From the NCBI GenBank assembly GCA_041576165.1, contig JBFGLM010000028.1, positions 1-61,933 of the forward strand: a stretch of DNA of 61,933 nucleotides, in the 5' to 3' direction. Source of the DNA: Acidimicrobiia bacterium (lineage in GTDB: Bacteria; Actinomycetota; Acidimicrobiia; Spongiisociales; Spongiisociaceae). The translations under genes were made by a program, and so were the position numbers. The notes below the pieces were generated by a model, which saw only the letters and a program-made list of their open reading frames with translations, did not search any database and had not been told where the DNA came from. Each line of letters opens with the position of its first letter. The stretch's first letter is position 1. Positions 52,794 to 61,933 of this stretch are shown one piece after another.

Positions 52794-53672
52794 ATGCCGA
52801 CGTTTCGGATCCAGTCCCATGGACGGTTGCAGGAGTGGATCGCCCACGAGAAGGGTTATTTCGCGGACGAGGGTCTCGACTACGAGTTCGTTCACAATCC
52901 GCTGATGAGCGACCAGGTGGCCACACCGTCGACCAATTCGGTGCCCGATCATCAGGAGGGCGCGTTCGAGAAGATGGAAGAGGGTCTGGCTTGCGAGGTC
53001 GGCTCGGCGTGTCATTGGGCCGTCAACATGGCGGCGTCCGCCACCCACAGCCGGATGTGGGGAAGTGCCTATTCGATGACGCCCAGCGGTGTGTACGTTG
53101 CGCCGGACTCGCAGATACGGCGGCCACGAGATCTGGCGAATGTGTCGATTGGAGTCGGCTACCACTCCGGCAGTCACTTCTCGCTGCTGCAATCGCTCGA
53201 GCAGGTCCTGGCTGAGGACGAGGTTCACGTTTCGTACGTCGGAGGTCCCCAGGACCGCCTGGCGCTGCTGCTCGACGGGAAGATCGAGGCCGCCAACCTG
53301 TTCGGGCCGCCGATGTATGTGGTGGAGCAGCAGGGATTCCGAAAGGTTCTCGACACCACGTTCATGATCGGGTTCCTGATCGACGAACGATCCGAGCGCG
53401 AGGACGTGGAGCGCTACTTCCGGGCGCTGCGCCGCGCACAACGTGATCTCGACGCCGAACCCTCACGCTACAAGGAGTACTACCCGCGAGAAGTCGCCGA
53501 GCATTACCACCCGATGATCGACGTCCAGGCCTTTGGCAACGGGGAACGCATCGTGTTCGAGCCGTATACCCGTGAGGTGTACGAAGGCACCTATCACTGG
53601 ATCGAGGAACGGAACTTGTTCCCCGCAGGCCAAAAGGGCCGCCTCGACTACAACACCGCCATTCTGGTCTGA
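52794..53672 (+). CDS. PBP2/NMT1-THI5-fold protein with no signal peptide
   Basis: IAHEKGYFADEGLD, DLANVSIGVGYHSGSHF, LLDGKIEAA; N-terminus is not hydrophobic. Confidence 0.75.
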   Translation: MPTFRIQSHGRLQEWIAHEKGYFADEGLDYEFVHNPLMSDQVATPSTNSVPDHQEGAFEKMEEGLACEVGSACHWAVNMAASATHSRMWGSAYSMTPSGVYVAPDSQIRRPRDLANVSIGVGYHSGSHFSLLQSLEQVLAEDEVHVSYVGGPQDRLALLLDGKIEAANLFGPPMYVVEQQGFRKVLDTTFMIGFLIDERSEREDVERYFRALRRAQRDLDAEPSRYKEYYPREVAEHYHPMIDVQAFGNGERIVFEPYTREVYEGTYHWIEERNLFPAGQKGRLDYNTAILV

Positions 53673-53712
53673 GCCGAGTGAGACGCCGAGCTGTGCGCAT
53701 TGGGAGCCTGCC

Positions 53713-54675
53713 GTGAGTGGAAATCCGCGGGTGCGTGACCTCGCCCACGTGGGATCAGTCGAGCTATTCACCCCGACGTTCGAAGACAGCCGGGCCTTCT
53801 TCATCGATCTGATGGCGATGGATGAGGTAGGCCAGCGGGGTGATTCGGTCTACCTGCACGCCTGGGACGACTACGAACGCTTCACGATCAAGCTGACAGC
53901 CAGCTCCACTTCAGGGATCGGCCGGACCTACCTGCGAGCAGCCGGCCCCGATGCGCTGGAGCGGCGGGTCGACGCTTTGGGGAAGTATGGGAGTCCCGGG
54001 CGCTGGGTTGAGGACGAACTGGGACTGGGACCGATCTATCTCACCGAAGATCCGGACGGCCACGAAATCGGCCTTTATTGGGAATCCGAACGCTACGAAG
54101 CGCCGCCCCACCTCGTCCCGTCATTGAAGAATCAGGCGGCCCGGTTTCCGGGCCGGGGGGCCAACATTCGGCGGCTCGACCACGTGAACTACCTGGCCGT
54201 CGACGTGCCGGCCAACGACCAGTTCCTGACCGAAGCGCTCGGTGCGATGAAGACCGAACAGATCGTCACCGACGAGGGTGTCCCGGCGGCCACCTGGTGC
54301 ACGATCAGCGACAAGACCTATGACCTCGTACACACGGTCGACGCCACCGGCACAGCCGGTCGCCTCCACCACATCGCGCTCGCCACCGACACTCGGGAGG
54401 ACATCTTGCGGGCGGCAGACGTGTGCTTGGAGAACGGCATCCACATCGAAACCGGGCCTCACAAACACGCGATCCAACAGACGTTCTTCCTCTATGTGTG
54501 GGAGCCGGGAGGCAACCGAATCGAGTTGTGTAATGCCGGCGCCCGCCTGATGCTGGCTCCGGACTGGCCGACGGTTTCGTGGACACCTGAGGAACGGGCC
54601 AAGGGACAGGCCTGGGGACTTCAGACCATCGCTACGTTCCACACCCACGGCACGCCGCCGGTTCCGGTGGAGTGA
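53713..54675 (+). CDS. VOC-family extradiol (catechol 2,3-) dioxygenase
   Basis: RRLDHVN, GRLHHIA, GPHKHAIQQTFFLYVWEPGGNRIE. Confidence 0.92.
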   Translation: MSGNPRVRDLAHVGSVELFTPTFEDSRAFFIDLMAMDEVGQRGDSVYLHAWDDYERFTIKLTASSTSGIGRTYLRAAGPDALERRVDALGKYGSPGRWVEDELGLGPIYLTEDPDGHEIGLYWESERYEAPPHLVPSLKNQAARFPGRGANIRRLDHVNYLAVDVPANDQFLTEALGAMKTEQIVTDEGVPAATWCTISDKTYDLVHTVDATGTAGRLHHIALATDTREDILRAADVCLENGIHIETGPHKHAIQQTFFLYVWEPGGNRIELCNAGARLMLAPDWPTVSWTPEERAKGQAWGLQTIATFHTHGTPPVPVE

Positions 54676-54767
54676 GACCGGGGGGCGCCACGGCACGTTT
54701 TCTAGACTCAGCCACGGGTTCCGGGTGCGCCAGGCCCGCAACCGGCATCTGAACAGGAGGCACCTCG

Positions 54768-56141
54768 ATGACCGCCAGCCTCGAAGACAGGCTCAACGCC
54801 GCCGGGAATCCGGTCGGCATGCTGCGCAACGCCCAGGTCGGACCCAACGTCTATCCAGGCGTGCCGGCCGAGTTCACCAACTGGCGCGACGAACAAGCCG
54901 CCTGGCAGGAGACATGCATCCTGTTCGATCTGTCCTACCACATGGTCGACCTGGCGCTGGAAGGCCCCGACGCACTGGCGCTGTTGAGCCATGTCGGATA
55001 CAACACCTTCGAGGGCTTCCAAGTGGATCGGGCCAAACATCTGGCGCCGTGCAGTCCCGCCGGGCACGTGATCGGCGACGTCATCCTCTTCTATCTTGCC
55101 CCCGGGAAGTTCGAACTGGTGGGCCGGGTGCCGTGCCTCAACTGGATCATGTATCAGGCCGAAGCCGGCGGATACGACGTCGAGCACGAGCTCGATCAAC
55201 GAACCGCGCTGCGAGAAGACCAATCCCGCCGCAGGTCGTATCGCTTTCAGGTGCAGGGGCCCAACGCCATGCAGACGATGGAGGCGGCGCTCGGCGAACC
55301 GCCGCCCGACGTGCGCTTCTTCAACATGACGACCCTGACAATCGCCGGAAGGCCGGTACGGGCTTTGCGCCACGGCATGGCGGGACAGCCCGGGTTCGAG
55401 CTGTTCGGACCGTGGGACGACAAACCGGCCGTGCAGGAGGCCCTGATCAGCGCCGGGGAGCAGTTCGGTCTACACCGCGTGGGCGCCCGAGCCTATTCGT
55501 CCAACACCCTCGAGTCGGGCTGGATCCCCTCCCCGTTGCCCGCGATATACACCGGTGAGCCCATGAAGGCCTATCGGGAGTGGTTGCCGGCCGACGGCTA
55601 TGAGGGGTCGGCGTCGCTGGGTGGTAGCTTCTACGACCAGAACATCGAGGCGTACTACTTCACGCCCTGGGATCTGGGGTATGGCGACTTCGTCAAGTTC
55701 GACCACGATTTCATCGGCCGGGAGGCGCTCGTGGAGATGGCCAAGGCCCCACCCCGGACCAAGGTGACGCTGGAACTCGACAACGCCGACGTCCTACGGG
55801 CCATCGGGTCGCAGTTGGAGCACGGCGACCGGGCCAAGTTCATCGAGTTTCCCTCGGCCGTGTACGCCATGCACCCCTACGACGCAGTGCTGTCCGGCGA
55901 CGAGACGGTGGGGATTTCGACCTGGATCGGATACAGCTCCAACGAACGGAGGATGCTGACTCTGGCGGTGCTGGACAACGAGTACGCCTCGCCGGGGACC
56001 GAGGTCACGCTGTTATGGGGGGAGCCCGACGGCGGCACTGCCAAGAGCAACGTCGAGCGGCACGCGCAGATGGAGATCCGGGCAACGGTGGCGCCGGTCC
56101 CCTACACACGGGTTGCCCGGGAGTCGTACCGGCGGGGTTGA
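54768..56141 (+). CDS. desA: THF-dependent syringate O-demethylase-like protein
   Basis: GcvT family; N-terminus GPNVYPGVPAEFTNWR..SYHM is DesA-type. Confidence 0.82.
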   Translation: MTASLEDRLNAAGNPVGMLRNAQVGPNVYPGVPAEFTNWRDEQAAWQETCILFDLSYHMVDLALEGPDALALLSHVGYNTFEGFQVDRAKHLAPCSPAGHVIGDVILFYLAPGKFELVGRVPCLNWIMYQAEAGGYDVEHELDQRTALREDQSRRRSYRFQVQGPNAMQTMEAALGEPPPDVRFFNMTTLTIAGRPVRALRHGMAGQPGFELFGPWDDKPAVQEALISAGEQFGLHRVGARAYSSNTLESGWIPSPLPAIYTGEPMKAYREWLPADGYEGSASLGGSFYDQNIEAYYFTPWDLGYGDFVKFDHDFIGREALVEMAKAPPRTKVTLELDNADVLRAIGSQLEHGDRAKFIEFPSAVYAMHPYDAVLSGDETVGISTWIGYSSNERRMLTLAVLDNEYASPGTEVTLLWGEPDGGTAKSNVERHAQMEIRATVAPVPYTRVARESYRRG

Positions 56142-56243
56142 GGCTACCTTAGGCTGCAGGGTGCCCTCAGGGGGCCCAGTGGCCGAAAGTTGCCCTCGGG
56201 TCAGAGCGGCACCGGCCCGTTGGTCCGGTGTCGCACCGCTTGA

Positions 56244-56552
56244 TCATCGCCCAGCGGCGATGTACGTCTCCTGCCCCGACCGGGCATCAAGCCACTCCTC
56301 GTAGCCGACAGCCCGTCCGAGGTCGAAGAGGTCGAATGCCGCCTGCGCGAAATCCCCCGATGCGACATTCCAGGCCGTTGCGGATTCGGCCTCGGCCATC
56401 ACCACGATGGTGTCGTAGGGCTTCCAGTAGTAGCGGCAGTCGTCGACTCCGTCGAGAGCCCGGACCGTTCGGCAGAAGGCGAGAGCGGCGTTGGCGAGGT
56501 CATCGCGGTTGGCACCGTCACGGCGTTCGACGTGCCAGAGACCGTATTGCAT
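56244..56552 (-). CDS. Hypothetical protein
   Basis: GAGGAGGAG RBS; 102 aa. Confidence 0.7.
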   Translation of the reverse strand: MQYGLWHVERRDGANRDDLANAALAFCRTVRALDGVDDCRYYWKPYDTIVVMAEAESATAWNVASGDFAQAAFDLFDLGRAVGYEEWLDARSGQETYIAAGR

Positions 56553-56730
56553 GGGAGCTCCTCCTCTCTCGACATCGAGTCTGAGCCTACGCGGGCGGTC
56601 CTGATCGGTTCGGCTGTCGCGGCCCGGCCGGTGTACGCGCCGGCGGCCGCTCTCCTGAATGGCGACCGGTTTGATCCGGGCGGGAATGGTCCGTACCGTA
56701 CCGGCGCACTCGACACGCAGGGAGGCGGGA

Positions 56731-57060
56731 GTGGCGAAATATATGGTGCTCTACTCCGGTGGAATGGGCATGGAGTCCGACCCGGAGAAAATGCAGCAGA
56801 TCATGGAAGAGTGGGGCGCCTGGTACGGCAAGATGGGCGATGCCATCGTCGACGGTGGTGCGCCGTTCGGTGAGGCCAAGCACCTCACCGGCAACGGCGT
56901 CAGTGAAGGGCCGCTCGGGGACACCCCGGCCACCGGCTACACGGTCATCGAGGCCGACTCGCTCGATGCCGCGGCGGCGGCCTGCGATGGCCATCCGCAC
57001 ATCAACCACGGCGGCCAGGTGCAGGTCTTCACGTGTATCGACATGAGCCCCCCGGAGTAA
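56731..57060 (+). CDS. YciI-like protein
   Basis: WGAWYGKMGDAIVDGGAPF..GYTVIEADSLDAA..HPH. Confidence 0.85.
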   Translation: MAKYMVLYSGGMGMESDPEKMQQIMEEWGAWYGKMGDAIVDGGAPFGEAKHLTGNGVSEGPLGDTPATGYTVIEADSLDAAAAACDGHPHINHGGQVQVFTCIDMSPPE

Positions 57061-57085
57061 TGGGGTCGACTTGCTGAGGTAGACA

Positions 57086-57109
57086 AACCCCCGCCGATCG
57101 GCGGGGGTT
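57086..57109. terminator. Bidirectional intrinsic terminator
   Basis: Perfect palindrome AACCCCCGCCGATCGGCGGGGGTT between convergent genes. Confidence 0.8.
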
Positions 57110-57351
57110 GTTCTTGGGGTTGCGTGGGCGCCGCCCAGAGGCACCCACGAACTGGAGGAAGGGGGACTCGAGCCCGGTCCCGCGGCGGGTTGCTTGCAGC
57201 GGTTCCTGTGGCCGGGAACCGTGCGTCTTCGAAGTGGGAAGCGACTCGCGCAACGTAACGACGTCGCGTTGCCACCCGAAGAGCAAGACCAGATAATCGC
57301 GGTCGTCGGGTGGGAGGCGCCCGCACCTACCTCGTCACGCGCAACGTGCCC

Positions 57352-57897
57352 TCATTTGCAGTAGGCGTCGAGGAATCTTGTCATCGTCACATTCCACGTC
57401 CCGCCGATTGGGATGAACTTCCACCAGGCCGTGGTGTGAGCGACAAAAGCGGCGGGGGCGGTGATGGCCTTCGGGATACACGTGCACGGTGGTGGACAGG
57501 CGCCGGGGCACAGTGTTGGGAGAAGCGCCGCTACGGCCGCTGCCAGGGCTTTGCTCGCCGCATCCTCGGCCCTGGCGCGGGCGATACCCGACAGGAACCC
57601 GATCTTCAAGCCTCGATACGAGCCGGTACCGGTGCCGGAGGCGCGGACATTCAGCTTCAACCATCCCACCTCCGGACATAGGGCGTCGGGCGCCTCTCCT
57701 CGTTGCCGCAGTGCGACCGCGATGACGAACCCGTCCCTATCTTTCGTGAGCCGGAGCTCATGCAGGTCGCGCACCTCGAACACCAGCTCAGTGAGACCGT
57801 TTTCCGTCTCACGCACCTCGGGAGCCCCATACTGTTCTGTGAGCAGATCGACTGCGTCACGATCTCCGTGCGGCGCGATGATCGGCTCCGGCAGCAT
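57352..57897 (-). CDS. Hypothetical protein with Cys/Pro-rich C-terminal motif
   Basis: CPGACPPPCTC..YCK; start uncertain (ATG 57897 or ATC 57933). Confidence 0.6.
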   Translation of the reverse strand: MLPEPIIAPHGDRDAVDLLTEQYGAPEVRETENGLTELVFEVRDLHELRLTKDRDGFVIAVALRQRGEAPDALCPEVGWLKLNVRASGTGTGSYRGLKIGFLSGIARARAEDAASKALAAAVAALLPTLCPGACPPPCTCIPKAITAPAAFVAHTTAWWKFIPIGGTWNVTMTRFLDAYCK

Positions 57898-58243
57898 GAG
57901 ATTGATCGTGTCAACCAGGTGTGTGATTTCGATGCTCTCCCCTTTGGCCGACAAGGCATAGTGCCTTGCGTGGCACCGCAACGCAATCGGTCGGTTGTCG
58001 GCCGCCGGCGATCCGCGGACTCCGGTGTGGCGTCGGCCGTAGATTGACCCCAATACCGGCCCCGCGGGCCACGCCGAGCACAACACCGCCATTGCGCCCA
58101 AACACCTGGGTGGGATCTGGGTGAGGCACTCGATGTGCGCCGGTGCCGGAGGCCCAGACGCTCGAGGGAACTCGATCCGACCGTCGTCCGCCCGCTCGTC
58201 ACCAGGTCACGCCGGCAGGGAAGGTATGTGCCAGGATGCCGGG

Positions 58244-59686
58244 ATGCTCGACCGTCTCGCACAGCTGGAGGCACTCGCACGCACCCTCGAACCGGCACAC
58301 GCGGAGCGGGCCGCGTACCTGGAGGCCGCCGCCGGCTACGCCGACGATTGGATCGAACGCCTACCCGGGTTGGCGGGTTACGTGCCCGATGACGCCGCCG
58401 CGGTCGAAGCCCTTCGCGGCTCCCCGCTGGTCGATGAACCGGCGGATATTGGAGAAGTGCTGACAGTGCTGTGGGAGGGCGTCGACCGTCTCGGCGTCAA
58501 TGAGACAGCGGGCCATTTCTTCGGGTTCATCCCGGGACCCGGTCTCTACACGTCGGCCCTCGGCGACTACCTGGCGGCGGTGACCGGGCGTTACGCCGGT
58601 ATCGCTTATGGCGCACCGGGTTCGGTCCGCCTCCAGAACCTGCTGTTGCGCTGGATCGGAGGTTTCCTCGGCTACCCCGCCGACGCCGGCGGAGACCTCA
58701 CATCCGGTGGAAGTACCGCCAACCTCACCGCAATAGTCACCGCGCGCGAGGCTGCCCAGGTCAGGTCAGCCGACATTCCGCGCACGGTCGTCTACCTCAC
58801 TGCGCACACCCACCACTCTGTCGGGAAGGCTCTCCACATTGCCGGCCTGGGCGAGGCGATCGTCCGTCACGTGCCGATCGACCACGCCTACCGCATGAGA
58901 GCAGAAGCAGCCGAGGCAATGATGGCCGCCGACCGGCGGTCCGGCCTGCGGCCCTGGCTGCTCGTCGCTTCGGCCGGCTCTACCGACACCGGCGCTGTTG
59001 ACCCGCTCGCCGAACTGGCGCAGGTCGCGGCGGCCCATCAGGTGACAGTGCACGTCGACGCCGCCTACGGCGGGGCGTTCGCGCTGTGTGAAATGGGGAG
59101 GGAGATGTTGCGCGGGATCGACGCGTCAGACTCGGTCGTCCTCGACCCGCACAAAGGGCTGTTTGTGCCGTTCGGGTCCGGGGTCGTGTTGGTCAAGAAC
59201 CGTGAAGCGATGATCCGGGCCCACGCCTCGGCGGCGCCCTACCTGCGCGATGCGGAGGAGAACGGCGATCTCATCTCGCCGGCTGATGTTTCGCCCGAGC
59301 TGACCCGCCACAACCGCACCCTGCGGCTATGGCTGCCGCTCAAGCTTCACGGGCTCGCCCCGTTCCGGGCGGCATTGGAGGAGAAGCTGCTACTGGCCCG
59401 GTACTTCCACCAGCGTCTGGGTGAGCTGGACCGCATCGAGGTGGGTCCGCCTCCGGATCTGTCTGTGGTCACCTTTCGCCTCGCACCCGGAGACGGCGAT
59501 CCGAATGCAGCCAATCGAGCGCTGGCCCAGGCCATCCAGGCCGACGGCCGTATCTATGTATCGACCACTGTCCTCGGCGGGAAGGTGACCCTCCGGCTGG
59601 CGGTGCTGAACGCCAGAAGCCACCTCGAGCATGTCGAGCGGGCGCTCGAAGTGATCGTCGAGCTGGCAGAGCGGATCCCAGGGTGA
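58244..59686 (+). CDS. Group II PLP-dependent (aromatic L-amino acid) decarboxylase
   Basis: TSGGSTANL, THHSVGKA, HVDAAYGG, LDPHKGLF. Confidence 0.9.
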   Translation: MLDRLAQLEALARTLEPAHAERAAYLEAAAGYADDWIERLPGLAGYVPDDAAAVEALRGSPLVDEPADIGEVLTVLWEGVDRLGVNETAGHFFGFIPGPGLYTSALGDYLAAVTGRYAGIAYGAPGSVRLQNLLLRWIGGFLGYPADAGGDLTSGGSTANLTAIVTAREAAQVRSADIPRTVVYLTAHTHHSVGKALHIAGLGEAIVRHVPIDHAYRMRAEAAEAMMAADRRSGLRPWLLVASAGSTDTGAVDPLAELAQVAAAHQVTVHVDAAYGGAFALCEMGREMLRGIDASDSVVLDPHKGLFVPFGSGVVLVKNREAMIRAHASAAPYLRDAEENGDLISPADVSPELTRHNRTLRLWLPLKLHGLAPFRAALEEKLLLARYFHQRLGELDRIEVGPPPDLSVVTFRLAPGDGDPNAANRALAQAIQADGRIYVSTTVLGGKVTLRLAVLNARSHLEHVERALEVIVELAERIPG

Positions 59687-59802
59687 GCGAGCGTGGATGT
59701 GCATCCCGCCATGGCCTACCCGTGAGCGGCGGCGCCCAGGCGTAGATTTCTTTGGTCAGTAACTCACGGGTGCAGCAGCGCCGGCGGCGCCCGTCCGGTG
59801 AC

Positions 59803-61933
59803 TCAGGGCGCGACGTATTCGATGTGCAGCAGGGCGGCGGCACCGCTGGAACCGTTGTACGACTCGGCAGTGCGCTGCCCGGTACCCGTGAAGATGAGCA
59901 CAATCGGATTGCCTGCCGCCCAACCCGGCAACGCCACGATCTCCTGAACGATTGCGCTCAGATCGGTGGTCTGCTGGTCGGCTCCGGCCGCGCCCACCGT
60001 GTTCCAGGCGGCCGGGGACCACGCCGCCGAGCTGCCGGTGCGAGGTCGGCCGCTGATATCGCCGTTCGTGTTCACAAACGTGACCGGGTTGGCAGATGCT
60101 TCGCCGGCGATCACGAGGTCGGTCGCCACCGAGTCGGTCTCATCCACCTGGAACTGCACCCACGCGGCGGTGATCGTCGCCCCGGCGGGGATCCCGACAC
60201 CGAGGAACCGAACGCCGACAGTTTGGACACCGCGGTTGCCGTCGGTCACGAGTTCCAGGTCGCTGCTCGTGAGCGACACCGTCCCGTTAGCTCGTTCTTC
60301 GGCGTCGTCGCTCGATGCCGCCACCCGCACCTCGATGACCTGGGGCAGGGCGTCGGTCACGGTGACCGAAACCGACGCCATGTCACAGAGCGACTCGGTG
60401 TCACAAACCTCATATACGAAGCCATCCGCCCCGGTGAAGCCGGCACTCGGCGCGTAGTCGAATGCGCCGTTCCCCAGGTTGGTCAGAGTTCCACTGGCCG
60501 GCGTCGAGCAGCCGGCACAGGCCACGTTGGTGCTCGCCGGGTCGAGATTCCCGTCCGGATCGCTGTCATTGGCCACGACATCGATCACCACTGGAGCATC
60601 CACCTGAGTGGTTGCCGTGTCATCAACGGCCACCGGAGCACGGTTGGGTATGGGCTCGCTGCTGTACTCGATGTGTAGGAGGGGGGCGGCCGCCGCCACC
60701 CCGTTATAGGACTCAGCGGTCCGAACCCCACTGCCGGTCACGATGAGTACCAATGCATTCCCGGACGCCCAGCCGCTCTGGTTGACGATCTCCTGCACCA
60801 CGGCCGCCAAGTCAGGGGTCCGCTGAGCGGGACCGGCCTCCCCGGTCGTGTTCCATGCGAGCGGCGACCACGCCACCGAGGCAGCAGTTCTTGGGCGGCT
60901 GACGATGTTCCCGGAAGTGTTCGAGAAGGTCGGCGGGTTGACATCGGCCTGGCCTTCGATGACCAGGTCGGCGGCGCCCGAGCCCGTCTCGTCCGCCTGG
61001 AACTGCACCCACGCGTTCGTGATCGATGCTCCCGGCGGGACCTCCACTCCGGTGAAGCGCAGACCCACGGTCTGCGGTCCGCGATTGCCGTCGACGACCA
61101 GCTCGAGATCGCTACTCGTCAGCGACACTGAGCCCGTGCCGCGTTCTTCGGCATCGTCGCTGCCGGCGGCGACTCGCACCTCGACGGTCTGGGTAGCGGC
61201 ACCGATGCTCACGCTGACCGTCGCCGGGTTGGAGTCGAGGGCGCCATCGTTGGCGGTGTACGTGAACGCGTCGCTCCCGGTGTAGCCGGGGTCGGGGGTA
61301 TAGGTGAGCGTCCCGTCCCCGTTGTCGACGACCACGCCGTTGGTGGGGGTGCCGAGATTGGTCACCGTCAACGGGTCGCCGTCGACATCCGAGTCATTGG
61401 CGATGACATCCACCGTTACGGCTGTTCCCACGGTCGTGCTGGCCGAATCATCGGCCGCCACCGGAGGGTCGTTCACCGGGTTGATGGTGATCGAGGCGGT
61501 GGCGACGTCGCATTGCCCCGCCAGGTCACACACTTGGTAGACGAACGAGTCCAGGCCGTGAAAGTTGGCGTCGGGCGTGTAGTCGAACGTGCCGTTCCCG
61601 TTGTTGACCAGTGTGCCGTTGCTCGTTGGGGCGCATCCTCCGCAGGTGGTGGTTGCCGACGTCGGATCCAGATCTCCGTCCGGGTCGGTGTCGTTCGCGA
61701 CCGCGTCTACCAGCACCGCCACATCCTCGGCCGTGGCGGCTGCGTCATCTGTGGCCACAGGCGGGCTGCCGGTGCCGGTGCATGACGCCGCACCGATGGC
61801 ATGGCTGTCCACCAATCCCGCCGAGATGGAGTGGAACTGGAAGGCCAGGCGTCCGGCGCAGGCTTCGATGAACATCGCGCCATAGTCGGCGTTGTAGAAG
61901 AACTGGCTGTCCGGGTCGAGTGACGGCGCCTGA
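59803..61933 (-). CDS. Large surface/secreted protein with Ig-like (cadherin/Big_9) repeats and two DDAEE beta-domains; partial
   Basis: Frame is open to the right edge; PVAxDD..VANDxDxDG repeats; duplicated EVRVAA.SDDAEE...LLHIEY; edge segment FYNADYGAMFIEA resembles the end of a metallophosphoesterase domain. Confidence 0.85.
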   Translation of the reverse strand, partial: QAPSLDPDSQFFYNADYGAMFIEACAGRLAFQFHSISAGLVDSHAIGAASCTGTGSPPVATDDAAATAEDVAVLVDAVANDTDPDGDLDPTSATTTCGGCAPTSNGTLVNNGNGTFDYTPDANFHGLDSFVYQVCDLAGQCDVATASITINPVNDPPVAADDSASTTVGTAVTVDVIANDSDVDGDPLTVTNLGTPTNGVVVDNGDGTLTYTPDPGYTGSDAFTYTANDGALDSNPATVSVSIGAATQTVEVRVAAGSDDAEERGTGSVSLTSSDLELVVDGNRGPQTVGLRFTGVEVPPGASITNAWVQFQADETGSGAADLVIEGQADVNPPTFSNTSGNIVSRPRTAASVAWSPLAWNTTGEAGPAQRTPDLAAVVQEIVNQSGWASGNALVLIVTGSGVRTAESYNGVAAAAPLLHIEYSSEPIPNRAPVAVDDTATTQVDAPVVIDVVANDSDPDGNLDPASTNVACAGCSTPASGTLTNLGNGAFDYAPSAGFTGADGFVYEVCDTESLCDMASVSVTVTDALPQVIEVRVAASSDDAEERANGTVSLTSSDLELVTDGNRGVQTVGVRFLGVGIPAGATITAAWVQFQVDETDSVATDLVIAGEASANPVTFVNTNGDISGRPRTGSSAAWSPAAWNTVGAAGADQQTTDLSAIVQEIVALPGWAAGNPIVLIFTGTGQRTAESYNGSSGAAALLHIEYVAP

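Overview
GC-rich actinobacterial DNA; gene content and lipoprotein style suggest Acidimicrobiia, which is an inference. The window has four parts. (1) 1-5205 is a decayed island at the 3' end of a tRNA-Ile2(CAT), with a truncated tyrosine integrase, att-like scars, a Phd/RelE toxin-antitoxin pair and an ECF sigma pseudogene. (2) 5.3-20.6 kb is mixed: a LuxR-TPR regulator with a divergent methyltransferase-SnoaL fusion, USP, rhodanese, an orphan infA, and surface lipoproteins and an SLH protein. (3) 20.9-27.3 kb is an Opp/Dpp ABC operon with a LacI-type operator. (4) 27.3-59.7 kb is an aromatic-catabolism region containing a pcaCHGIJ operon led by a tandem OsmC-like protein, an hmgA/MBL-hydrolase/catabolic reductive dehalogenase operon, a Mo-hydroxylase lacking its FAD subunit, ligM- and desA-like O-demethylases with galBCD, and an aromatic amino acid decarboxylase. 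The best candidates for undescribed biology are two. One is a syringate/gallate pathway with no GalA/DesB-type dioxygenase, which instead carries a VOC-family dioxygenase and a signal-less PBP-fold protein. The other is a B12-dependent dehalogenase operon whose gene appears to start at ATC. No CRISPR array, rRNA or recognisable riboswitch was seen. All family calls come from motif recognition, not database searches.
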